A stretch of DNA of 61,826 nucleotides from an uncultured Candidatus Saccharibacteria bacterium (GCA_964586255.1 CAZPGE010000006.1:1-61826); one strand, 5' to 3'; numbered from the stretch's first letter, positions 1 through 8,472 are shown. Numbers and translations: made by a program. The notes: generated from the sequence alone by a model not told the origin.

Positions 1-3
1 CAC

Positions 4-88
4 GGGCATGTGGCGGAACTGGTATACGCGTACGTCTCAGAAGCGTATGTCGCAAGACTTGGGAGTTCGAGTCTCCCCATGCCCACCA
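4..88 (+). tRNA. tRNA-Leu(CAG)
   Basis: GGGCATG/CATGCCC acceptor stem followed by A-CCA; D-loop GGAACTGGTA; anticodon arm TACGT-CTCAGAA-GCGTA; long variable arm; T-loop GTTCGAGTC. Confidence 0.96.
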
Positions 89-95
89 AATATTT

Positions 96-806
96 ATGGA
101 ACTTAAAAATGCAGCGGTCGTACTGACGGGAGGGGCTCGGGGCCTCGGCGCAGCGCTTGCACGCGAGCTCACTCACCGTGGAGCACACGTACTCATTTCA
201 GACATCGATAGTACTGACCTCACTGACCTCGGTGTCGAACTCGATAGTCCGACGATGCATTGCAATGTGACGGACCGCGAGCAGGTCGAGGCGCTCGGCC
301 GCGCGGCGATAGACGAATGGGGCGCTATAGATATATGGATAAACAATGCGGGCATCTGGATGCCGTATGCGCCTGCTGAGAACATAGATTTTGGAAGGGC
401 GCACCAGCTTATCGAAGTAAACTATTTCGGCCTCGCATACGGCATGCTTGAAGCAATCAAGCATATGCGTGAGCGCAAAAGTGGCGTAATCCTCAACACA
501 ATCTCTGTGCGCGCTCTCAAGGGTAAAGCGCTTGGCGCTGCGTACTCGGCTAGTAAATTTGCGGCAGAAGGATTTACGCAGTCCGTGCGCGATGAGGTAA
601 AGGAGTCGGACATACGCGTGATCGGCGTGTATCCATATCGCATCAAAACAGGTCTTTTCGGTGAGAATAAACACGAGGATTATGATCAGTCGATGGAGCC
701 CGCGGATGTCGCGAAAATCATCGTCGATAATCTGGCAAAGAGGGAGCCTGCTGAGCACGTTGAGATATGGAAAGCGGACGATGTACGCACAAAGCAGACA
801 GTATGA
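96..806 (+). CDS. Classical short-chain dehydrogenase/reductase (SDR)
   Basis: TGGARGLG nucleotide-binding motif, NNAG, and catalytic YSASK (YxxxK). Confidence 0.92.
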   Translation: MELKNAAVVLTGGARGLGAALARELTHRGAHVLISDIDSTDLTDLGVELDSPTMHCNVTDREQVEALGRAAIDEWGAIDIWINNAGIWMPYAPAENIDFGRAHQLIEVNYFGLAYGMLEAIKHMRERKSGVILNTISVRALKGKALGAAYSASKFAAEGFTQSVRDEVKESDIRVIGVYPYRIKTGLFGENKHEDYDQSMEPADVAKIIVDNLAKREPAEHVEIWKADDVRTKQTV

Positions 807-1558
807 ATCCCGTTAGAAATAGCCCGTCCCGTAGGCCCAAGGGGCGCGCAAGCGCGGGCGCGATTTCTAACGGGATGAACGTGCGCGCCGTGAAAACGAG
901 GGTCTTCGTAGAGTGCGAAGACCTGTTTGAGTTCATACGGGCACATGTCCCGACTCTTAAAGAACGGAGCGTACTGGTGGTTACTTCGAAAATAGTCGCG
1001 CTTTCAGAGGGGCGCACGGCGAATATACAAGATACAGCTGCTGTCATCCGCGCTGAATCAGAGTGGCAAAAAGAATCAAAGCTCGGGAGCGTGACGCTCA
1101 AAGATGGAATCCTTATGTGGAATGCCGGTATAGATTCTTCCAATGCCAATGACAAGATAGTCCTCTTGCCCAAAGATTCGTTTTCCGCTGCAAAGAAGAT
1201 TCATTCGGAAATCTTGCGACTCTATACGATGCAGAATGTCGGGGTCATCATCGTTGATAGTCGGGTGATGCCGCTTCGCGCCGGCGTCGTCGGAATCGCA
1301 TTAGGATACGCAGGATTCAAGGGTCTGCGAGATTATCGAGGCCAAAAAGATATATACGGCCGAAAGATGCAATACACACAGACCAATCTTGCGGATTCGC
1401 TCGCGACCTCAGCGACCTTTGTGATGGGAGAAGGAGATGAGCAGCAGCCACTCTGCGTGATAGAAGATGCACCTGTGGAATTTGTGCAGCGCGTACAGCG
1501 CGGAGAGCTTCGCATCGATATTAAAGATGATATGTACGGACCTCTTATGAAATTTTAA
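803..1558 (+). CDS. CofE-like (F420-0:gamma-glutamyl ligase family) protein
   Basis: VVTSKIVALSEG, NAGIDSSN, IIVDSRVMPLRAGVVGIALG, RDYRGQKDIYGRKM and GEGDEQQP motifs. Start is either ATG 803 (overlapping the SDR stop) or ATG 875. Confidence 0.85.
   Translation: MNPVRNSPSRRPKGRASAGAISNGMNVRAVKTRVFVECEDLFEFIRAHVPTLKERSVLVVTSKIVALSEGRTANIQDTAAVIRAESEWQKESKLGSVTLKDGILMWNAGIDSSNANDKIVLLPKDSFSAAKKIHSEILRLYTMQNVGVIIVDSRVMPLRAGVVGIALGYAGFKGLRDYRGQKDIYGRKMQYTQTNLADSLATSATFVMGEGDEQQPLCVIEDAPVEFVQRVQRGELRIDIKDDMYGPLMKF
807..876. repeat. Palindromic MITE/REP-like element with 14-bp terminal inverted repeats, in frame in the cofE-like 5' end
   Basis: ATCCCGTTAGAAAT (807-820) and ATTTCTAACGGGAT (863-876) are exact reverse complements. 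ATGAA occurs at both 803 and 875, 72 bp apart. Confidence 0.7.
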
Positions 1559-1560
1559 AC

Positions 1561-2586
1561 ATGAAGAAAAAAGACTCTTCACCTCTCATCGGTGACATTA
1601 TAAAAAAGATAGCGCCCCGCATTGGTGCGAAGGTGGTGATAGAGCCCGAATGGGGTATTGCAGGGCAGATTACATTTAAAAATGGTCTCAAATCCTATTT
1701 TCGATTCAACAGTATCGGTATCAACACACTCGGGGCAGCGGAGATAAGTAAAGACAAAGATTATGCCAATTTCTTCATGCGAAAGATGGGATATCCCACG
1801 ATTCCTGGAAAGACATTCTTTAGCAAAGCGCACTGTGAATCGCTCGGCGTGAAGCGTGGTGCAAGAGAAGCCTGCTTCTATGCAAAAAAGATTGGTTTCC
1901 CAGTCATAGCGAAACCCAATAGCGGGAGTCAGGGAAAAGGTGTGTATCTCGCTCGCAACGAGAAAGAATTGCGAGGTGCGCTTTTATCCATCTTCACGTT
2001 GGACAAAGTCGCTCTCGTGCAAGAAGTGGTGCAAGGGGATGACTACAGGATTGTCGTACTCGACGATAGAGTGATTTCGGCGTACCGGCGCATACCGCTC
2101 AATGTGGTAGGCGACGGCACGTCGACGATTCTGCAGCTTCTCAAGAGGAAGCAGAGGGAATTCGTCGCTGCGAGCCGTGACACACGCCTCAACCCAGACG
2201 ACCCGCGGATACAGAATAAACTTCGAGCTCGAAACTTGAGCCTGGGCTCAGTCCTTCCTCGAGGCGAGAAAGTCTTTCTTTTGGATAATGCGAACCTTTC
2301 CTCCGGGGGAGATGCCGTCGATGTTACGAATATCCTCCACCCCGGATACAGGAAAGTCGCGGTGAGTCTCACGCGTGATATGGGGCTTCGGCTCTGCGGT
2401 GTCGATTTGATGACAGAGGGGGATATTACCAAGCCACCAGAGTACTATAGGATTATTGAGATCAACTCTGCTCCCGGTCTTGATCACTACGCACAGAAAG
2501 GAAGGGCCCAGCGCCGTATCGTCGAACAGCTCTATGAAGAAGTATTGAGAAGTATGAGCGAGACGAAGAGAGTCAAGAGGCGCTAG
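1561..2586 (+). CDS. ATP-grasp ligase, cyanophycin synthetase/GshAB-type ATP-grasp domain (stand-alone)
   Basis: GFPVIAKPNSGSQGKGV, DYRIVVLD, RRIPLNVVGDG, ANLSSGGDAVDVT, CGVDLM and IIEINSAPG. Confidence 0.85.
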   Translation: MKKKDSSPLIGDIIKKIAPRIGAKVVIEPEWGIAGQITFKNGLKSYFRFNSIGINTLGAAEISKDKDYANFFMRKMGYPTIPGKTFFSKAHCESLGVKRGAREACFYAKKIGFPVIAKPNSGSQGKGVYLARNEKELRGALLSIFTLDKVALVQEVVQGDDYRIVVLDDRVISAYRRIPLNVVGDGTSTILQLLKRKQREFVAASRDTRLNPDDPRIQNKLRARNLSLGSVLPRGEKVFLLDNANLSSGGDAVDVTNILHPGYRKVAVSLTRDMGLRLCGVDLMTEGDITKPPEYYRIIEINSAPGLDHYAQKGRAQRRIVEQLYEEVLRSMSETKRVKRR

Positions 2587-5012
2587 CGCCAGTATTTTCG
2601 CGCGAATCCAACATAGCCCCCTATCCCTAAAAGTATGAGCGCTAAAAGGGTGAGCAGGAACAGTGTCCAATCGGTGTCACCCGCTGCTGCAGCAGCTGCG
2701 ACCTGTCCGCGAGTCTCTTCGACGGTCACCGGCGTTTCCTCAGAGGTTAGTGTTTGAGCGGGAATTTGAGCGAGATGCTCTGGAGGCGTATCCCCCTCAA
2801 CTTCTTCCGCAGCACCCGCAAGGATTTCGGCGATAGGCGTACTTGTGGCCTCGGTATTCGCACTTGCAGGGGATGTTGTCGCTATTTCAACAAGTGGGGT
2901 CGTCGTGGCCATCGTTATCACAGGTGTAGACGTAGCAGTCTCAGTCGTGACCAAAACCCCTCCTCCTGTATTCGACGTTGTCTTTGCTGCGGGTCTCGCA
3001 AAACTCGTAAGGAGAGAATTCCAAGTCCTGCCAGTCGCGCCAGGTATAGCGTATTCAGTCGCCCAAATGCGAGTTAGGTCGCTTGCCGACGTGGGCTCTA
3101 CGCCGCCATCGCTTTGCTGAAGCGAAGCGAGGTAGTCGGATGGGTAGAGTCCTCCCACGCTCCACGAAGTTTGCTGTTGTCCGAGTGCCGCAATCGCCTG
3201 CATGGTCCAGCTTGTCGCAGAACTGTTTGCAAAACCTCCCGTGTTTTGCTGCTGCAATCTCAGGTAACTTTCCGCCTTCGTGATTGCTGCGGATACGCCA
3301 GAAAGAGAGCTCAGTGGCGCGAGTGATTGCACGGCGGCGGCGGTGACGTCGACGCCACCTACCCATGACCCGTTTTCCTGCTGTCTCGATAGGATGAATG
3401 CCACGCTCTTGCTTATCATCTCGTCGGCGCTGCTGTATCCCGCATGCGTGAGGGGGAAGAGTGCAAAAATATCATCGTTGTCGAGCGAGGCGTCGCCTAT
3501 TTGCGTGCCGTCGAAGCTCGCTACTATCGGGGCGATGTAGTCGACGCTCGTGCCCGCATACGGGTCAATGCCAAGCGCCATGAGTGCCATTGCGTGGCGA
3601 ATATTATCTTGTACTCCTGAGAGGCCCGGGGCAGTGCTCTCGAGAAATGCCTTGAGCTTGGCCTTTGCTTCGCCTGGATCCGCCGCTGCGAAAGCTATCG
3701 CTGCCCAGTCAGTGAGCAACGAACTGCTGAAGGAACCATCTGCTTCCTGCTTGCTCGAAAGATATGCGAGTGCTGCGGGCACGTTGAAAGTGATATGGCT
3801 GACACCGCCGCCACCACCGCCACCACTTCCGCTCCCGCTTGGCTCGGGTTCCAGGTTTTCTTCCTGAATCACTTCGCGGAGCGCGATGACCCTCACGTCC
3901 TTGGAACTCGACGTGGCATTCGTAATGAAGTTTGTGTAGATAAGTGACATCGTGTCGCCGACGACGAGCGGTAGCGTAATGAGACCTCGCGTCTCTTCGT
4001 ATATACCGTTGTGATACAGCGCCCAATAGGAGGTGCTCGGGTCTTTTATGCCATCGATACTATCGGCGAAAAGGCCTACACCAGCGAACTCGACGAGCTC
4101 ATAGCTCTCTATGTGCCCTTCGTTTTTCGCCTCAACGAGAGCACATATGCCAAGGTACGAATCGGAGAAGTCGTGAGACGAGCCGGTTGTATCCGATACG
4201 GTGCATGCGCTAGGAAGAGAGATGTTGTGGTAGGTATCAAGGAGCGCGTCGATGTGGATATCGACACTAAAATCGAGCGTCGTCTCAGTAAACGTGACTG
4301 GGTCATATGCAGTCAAGACGAGCGAAACAGTGTCACCTGAGGTAAGCGGTAATTCAGACGCGCCGACGTTTGAGCCCGTACCATTTAGATTCAGTTTCCA
4401 GTAACTGTTGGGCAAGGTCGTTCCGTTGACACTGTTGACGAAAAGCCCAAATCCGAAGTCAGCAAATTCGATACTCTCAACCGCGCCTTCATCGACCGCT
4501 TGTTGCAGTGCACATATGGCGAGGTACTCAGTACTCGTGCTAATGGGAAATATATGTGCGATTCCGGTCGCGTCTGCTACCTCACAGCCGTTGTGTAGAT
4601 GTATGGTACTTTCGAGAGCGAAGCCTTGTTGAACTTGCTCTTCCTGCAGCTCGACCGTGACATGAAATGAGGCGGTGCTCGTATTGCCGTGGCTGTCGGT
4701 GGTGCTGCATTCGACGAGTGTATCGCCGAGGGGGAATGAATCCGTACCTGATGCAGGATTGCAGATGACAATTACGCTTTCGTCGATATTGTCGGTTGCG
4801 CTCACGTCGTACGAAGCGGAGAGAACAGCATCTGCGTCTGTCGTGGAGAGTACGATATCCTGTGCGCCGCTCAATACGGGCCCGATGCACTCTGGCAACG
4901 TACACGGCTCTTCAAAGTCACTACCTCCCGGTGCTTCTTCGGATTGCGCATAGGAAACAACAGGAATAAGGAGTAGAGAGCTTACAACGAGCGTGACCCA
5001 GGCATTTTTCAT
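2583..5012 (-). CDS. Surface protein: signal peptide, HYR domain, 2x DUF4430 (transcobalamin-like beta domain), prenyltransferase-like alpha/alpha barrel, C-terminal TM anchor
   Basis: GLFVNSVNG..YWKLNLNG..G..GDTV and GLFADSIDG..YWALYHNG..GDTM; QxxDGSF/QQENGSW/QQNTGGF repeats; HYR-like SATDNID..GDTLVECSTTDSHGNTSTASFHVTV; hydrophobic C-terminus ending RKYWR. Confidence 0.8.
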   Translation of the reverse strand: MKNAWVTLVVSSLLLIPVVSYAQSEEAPGGSDFEEPCTLPECIGPVLSGAQDIVLSTTDADAVLSASYDVSATDNIDESVIVICNPASGTDSFPLGDTLVECSTTDSHGNTSTASFHVTVELQEEQVQQGFALESTIHLHNGCEVADATGIAHIFPISTSTEYLAICALQQAVDEGAVESIEFADFGFGLFVNSVNGTTLPNSYWKLNLNGTGSNVGASELPLTSGDTVSLVLTAYDPVTFTETTLDFSVDIHIDALLDTYHNISLPSACTVSDTTGSSHDFSDSYLGICALVEAKNEGHIESYELVEFAGVGLFADSIDGIKDPSTSYWALYHNGIYEETRGLITLPLVVGDTMSLIYTNFITNATSSSKDVRVIALREVIQEENLEPEPSGSGSGGGGGGGVSHITFNVPAALAYLSSKQEADGSFSSSLLTDWAAIAFAAADPGEAKAKLKAFLESTAPGLSGVQDNIRHAMALMALGIDPYAGTSVDYIAPIVASFDGTQIGDASLDNDDIFALFPLTHAGYSSADEMISKSVAFILSRQQENGSWVGGVDVTAAAVQSLAPLSSLSGVSAAITKAESYLRLQQQNTGGFANSSATSWTMQAIAALGQQQTSWSVGGLYPSDYLASLQQSDGGVEPTSASDLTRIWATEYAIPGATGRTWNSLLTSFARPAAKTTSNTGGGVLVTTETATSTPVITMATTTPLVEIATTSPASANTEATSTPIAEILAGAAEEVEGDTPPEHLAQIPAQTLTSEETPVTVEETRGQVAAAAAAGDTDWTLFLLTLLALILLGIGGYVGFARKYWR

Positions 5013-5031
5013 ATACGCGATGCGAGATTAT

Positions 5032-5568
5032 TTAATAACTTTGCTTGTAACGCCACTCAATCAAATCTCCCGCGTGGACAGTAGTCTCTGATACTCCCGC
5101 GTTTGAAGATTTGTCATTTACATAGAGAAACCAGTAGTAGCCGTCCTCTGCGTGCTTGCCGTTGATAGATTCGACAAAGAAGCCAAGCGAAGGGTATTCC
5201 TTTCCTGTAAACACAAGCCCGTCTGACGTCGCGGCCTGCATAGCAGAAAGAAGTGAAGCTCCGTCTTGAGTACAGGGCACGTAGACAGCGCTTTCGATAG
5301 TGATGCGGATGCTGGAGTTGCATGGAAGTGTCGATTCTCGCGCCGTAGGAGTGGGTGCTTCAGGCGACACTTGTGGCTGCACGGAGGCGTTGCCCGGCTG
5401 GGGTACATCAATGACGATGTCTGCACGAGTTTCGTCGAGAGTCGATGTCGCAGCGAAATCGCCGGGACCGTATGAAATTGTGACGTTTGGACGATCGCCA
5501 TACCAAAGCGACGCGACAATGCCCGCGACGAGAAGTGATGCGATTGAGATATAGATTTTGTTCGTCAT
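5032..5568 (-). CDS. Membrane-anchored DUF4430 (transcobalamin-like C-terminal domain) protein
   Basis: N-terminal TM helix, Pro/Thr linker, then LGFFVESINGK..YYWFLYVNDK..AG..VHAGDLIEWRY. Confidence 0.85.
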   Translation of the reverse strand: MTNKIYISIASLLVAGIVASLWYGDRPNVTISYGPGDFAATSTLDETRADIVIDVPQPGNASVQPQVSPEAPTPTARESTLPCNSSIRITIESAVYVPCTQDGASLLSAMQAATSDGLVFTGKEYPSLGFFVESINGKHAEDGYYWFLYVNDKSSNAGVSETTVHAGDLIEWRYKQSY

Positions 5569-5572
5569 AGGT

Positions 5573-5603
5573 ACAAAAACAAAAAACTCCGCCCGAAGCA
5601 GAG
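5573..5603 (-). terminator. Intrinsic terminator in the riboswitch expression platform
   Basis: Minus strand CTCTGC-TTCGG-GCGGAG followed by TTTTTTGTTTTT, 4 nt before the ATG at 5568. Confidence 0.8.
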
Positions 5604-5651
5604 ATTCTAGAAAGCACGCGTGTATGCACGCATGATTTCCTGCTCGGGAAT

Positions 5652-5767
5652 ACGTTTGAACGATAATCGGACTTTAACCGTTGCGGCACAGTGGAGGAAT
5701 TTCACCCCTCTTCCTATTCGCCGTTTCTATTTTGGCGAATTCCCGCTTTCGCGAGACAGTCAAACGT
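5652..5767 (-). ncRNA. Cobalamin riboswitch aptamer (compact, short-P6 type)
   Basis: Minus strand AGGAA-GAGGGGTGAAATTCCTC-CACTGTGCCGCAACGGT-TAAAGTCCGA matches the GGGAA / GGTGNAANTCC / CTG..GCAACNGT / AAGYCNG core. An 8-bp closing stem ACGTTTGA/TCAAACGT brackets it, and it lies upstream of DUF4430 genes. Confidence 0.9.
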
Positions 5768-5775
5768 GGATGTGC

Positions 5776-5803
5776 ATTGTATGCTTGCGTGAAATATGCG
5801 CAA
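5776..5803 (-). promoter_or_regulatory. sigma70-like promoter for the riboswitch leader
   Basis: Minus strand TTGCGC-N16-TACAAT; predicted +1 near 5769, immediately before the aptamer closing stem. Confidence 0.65.
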
Positions 5804-5860
5804 TGTGCATAGGCCATTACAAAAGAGAATCCGGGAAGCACAAGTGCTATAGTGGCGGGA

Positions 5861-7198
5861 ATGCGAGGTTTCGAGGAAATATTCAAAGGACAAAAAGTAA
5901 CGATGCTGGGTCTCGGCCTCTTGGGTCGCGGGGTAGGTGACGCGGAATTCTTGGCACGTTGTGGCGCTCTAGTGACGGTGACAGACAAGAAAACCGAGAC
6001 AGAATTGGCGGAATCGGTCGAGCGCTTGAAACACTATCCGAACATCATGTTTCATTTAGGAGGGCACCGCGAAGAAGATTTTACAGATGCGGACCTCGTG
6101 ATAAAAGCTGCGGGGGTGCGATCTGATTCGCCAGAGATTGCGGCTGCACGTGCCGCAGGCGTGCCCGTGACGATGTCGACGGCACTTTTCGCGAAGTATG
6201 CGTCCGAAGCCGGTGCGAAAATCGTCGGCGTCACGGGGACACGCGGGAAATCAACTATTTCGCACATGATATTTCATGTGCTGAAGTCAGCAGGTCGCCG
6301 GGCGCACCTTGGCGGCAATGTGCGCGGCATTTCGACACTCGCAATGCTTCCTGAAGTGCAGTCGGGAGACGTCGCCGTCTTGGAGCTCGATTCGTGGCAA
6401 TTGCAGGGTTTTGGCGAGCTCTCGATGAGTCCGCACATAGCCGTGTTCACCAACCTCATGCCGGACCATCAGAACTACTACTCGTCGATGGAAGAGTACT
6501 TTGCCGACAAAGCCAACATATTCCGCTTTCAGCGTCCGGAGGACGCTCTTATCGTCGGGCACAGTGTTGAAGACCGCGTGCGAACAGCTTCCGCCAGCTG
6601 GCGGACGCCCGTTGAGCCCACTGTACCTGGCGACTTGCCCAAGGACTGGCAGCTCAATATTCCTGGAGGACACAATAGATACAATGCGTCGCTCGCGTCC
6701 TCTGCACTCCTTGCACTCGGTCTAACGGCAGAAACTATACGCGCCGGGCTTGAAACATTTGATGGTGTGGAAGGCAGGCTCCAACTCGTCAGTGAAAAAG
6801 ATGGAGTGAAAATCTACAATGACAACAACGCGACCACGCCTGAGGCAACAGTCGCTGCGCTCCGCGCTCTCTCGGGGGATTATCGACTTCGTAAGTCGTT
6901 AATTTTGATAGCCGGTGGGTCGGACAAAGGTCTCGATCTCACTGAGCTTGTCTCTGAAATACAAGAGTCCTGTAAAGGCGTCTTCCTGCTTGCAGGGACC
7001 GGTACCGACAAGCTCAAGGAGAAGTTGCCGGAAACACCCGTATTCGATTCTCTCGATGCTGCTCTCCGCGCTGCTTTTGATACGGCCAAGCAAGGTGACA
7101 CCTTGCTTTTCAGCCCTGCGTTCGCGTCATTCGGCATGTTTAAAAACGAGTACGACCGCAACGACCAATTTCTGGCTCTCATCAAGTCGCGCATATGA
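5861..7198 (+). CDS. murD: UDP-N-acetylmuramoyl-L-alanine--D-glutamate ligase
   Basis: GLGLLGRG, VTGTRGKSTI, LELDSWQL, TNLMPDHQNYY, YNDNNATTPEAT, AGGSDKG and LFSPAFASFGMFKNEYDR. Start placed at ATG 5861, after an extended -10 (TGcTATAGT). Confidence 0.93.
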   Translation: MRGFEEIFKGQKVTMLGLGLLGRGVGDAEFLARCGALVTVTDKKTETELAESVERLKHYPNIMFHLGGHREEDFTDADLVIKAAGVRSDSPEIAAARAAGVPVTMSTALFAKYASEAGAKIVGVTGTRGKSTISHMIFHVLKSAGRRAHLGGNVRGISTLAMLPEVQSGDVAVLELDSWQLQGFGELSMSPHIAVFTNLMPDHQNYYSSMEEYFADKANIFRFQRPEDALIVGHSVEDRVRTASASWRTPVEPTVPGDLPKDWQLNIPGGHNRYNASLASSALLALGLTAETIRAGLETFDGVEGRLQLVSEKDGVKIYNDNNATTPEATVAALRALSGDYRLRKSLILIAGGSDKGLDLTELVSEIQESCKGVFLLAGTGTDKLKEKLPETPVFDSLDAALRAAFDTAKQGDTLLFSPAFASFGMFKNEYDRNDQFLALIKSRI

Positions 7199-8472
7199 TA
7201 CCTACACATATACATATGGTAGGCGTTGGCGGTATCGGAATGTCCGCTCTCGCGCAGCTCCTGGCTTCTCGTGGTCACGCAGTGGTGGGTTCGGATAGAG
7301 AAGAGTCTCCGGTGACGGATATGCTCGCTCAAAAAGGCGTGGAAGTGATAATCGGGCACGATGGATGCAATATCGCGGCGAACACGGAGCTGCTCATTTA
7401 TAGCGACGCCGTACCGAGCAGCAATCGCGAGAGGGCACGCGCACAAGAAATGGGGATTCCGGAAATGTCGTATTTTGAGGCGCTCGGACTCATTTCGAAA
7501 ACAGCGAGAACCATTGCGGTGAGCGGCACGCACGGCAAGACTACCACCACAGGGATGATCGCGAAGATTTTGCGTGATTGCGATAAGTCTCCCACGGCAA
7601 TTGTCGGCTCCATCGTTCGGGATTTCGAGTCGAATTTCCTGCCGGGAAAAGAGGAGCTGCTTGTCGTCGAGGCATGTGAGTATCGTGACCATCTCCTCAA
7701 GCTTCATCCGGAGATACTCGTCATCACCAATATCGAACTCGATCACACGGATTACTTCCCGGACCTTGAGGCGCTCCAGGCGACGTTTCGGAAAGCCGCC
7801 GAGGCAGTCCCTGCTCACGGTATTATCGTGACCAATCCGTATGATCCCGTGATTGCGGCGGTCTTGGGCGGTGCAAAGGCTCCCATTATCGACTACACGA
7901 CGCAGAGTGTCCCCGAGCTCGCACAGATAGGGGAGTTTAACCGTGACAATGCGAGGGCTGCCAAGGCCGCCGCGCGCACGGCATTCCCGCACTTGCAGGA
8001 AGAGTACATAGACAAATCCCTGCTGGGCTTTAAAGGCTCCTGGCGACGGTTTGAATATCGCGGAGTGACGCCGGGGGGCGCGCTCGTGTATGACGACTAT
8101 GCGCATCACCCGACCGCTATAGAAAAGACGATAGCAGCAGCTCGCGAGAGGTTCCCCGACAAGAAAATAATTGTCGCCTTCCACCCACATACATACAGTC
8201 GCACGCGCTCTCTCATGCAAGAGTTTGCGCGCGCGCTTGCGACTTCTGATGAGAGCATCATCGCGCCTATTTATGCTGCGCGCGAAGAGGCAGATCCTGC
8301 TGTGACAAGCGAAGTGCTCGCCGATGTGACGCGCAGACTGGGAGGGGATTCACGAGCACTCAGCACATTCGACGAAATCCGCGACAAACTGCTCGGATAC
8401 GACGACCAATACCTCATCATCACGATGGGCGCAGGAGATATTTACAAAGTAGCCGAACAGATCGCCGACTAA
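7195..8472 (+). CDS. murC: UDP-N-acetylmuramate--L-alanine ligase
   Basis: HMVGVGGIGMSALA, AVSGTHGKTTTT, VVEACEY, ELDHTDY, RRFE, DDYAHHPTAI, FHPHTYSRT and TMGAGDI. Confidence 0.95.
   Translation: MIPTHIHMVGVGGIGMSALAQLLASRGHAVVGSDREESPVTDMLAQKGVEVIIGHDGCNIAANTELLIYSDAVPSSNRERARAQEMGIPEMSYFEALGLISKTARTIAVSGTHGKTTTTGMIAKILRDCDKSPTAIVGSIVRDFESNFLPGKEELLVVEACEYRDHLLKLHPEILVITNIELDHTDYFPDLEALQATFRKAAEAVPAHGIIVTNPYDPVIAAVLGGAKAPIIDYTTQSVPELAQIGEFNRDNARAAKAAARTAFPHLQEEYIDKSLLGFKGSWRRFEYRGVTPGGALVYDDYAHHPTAIEKTIAAARERFPDKKIIVAFHPHTYSRTRSLMQEFARALATSDESIIAPIYAAREEADPAVTSEVLADVTRRLGGDSRALSTFDEIRDKLLGYDDQYLIITMGAGDIYKVAEQIAD

Noticed and set aside
1-2586. tRNA-anchored genomic island
   Set aside because: No integrase and no repeat of the tRNA 3' end found downstream in the window; composition resembles the backbone.
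6880-8220. Long antisense ORFs in the track (e.g. 6880-8220, 22747-23553, 50711-51514, 57892-58578)
   Set aside because: Shadow frames opposite well-supported genes, with no motifs.
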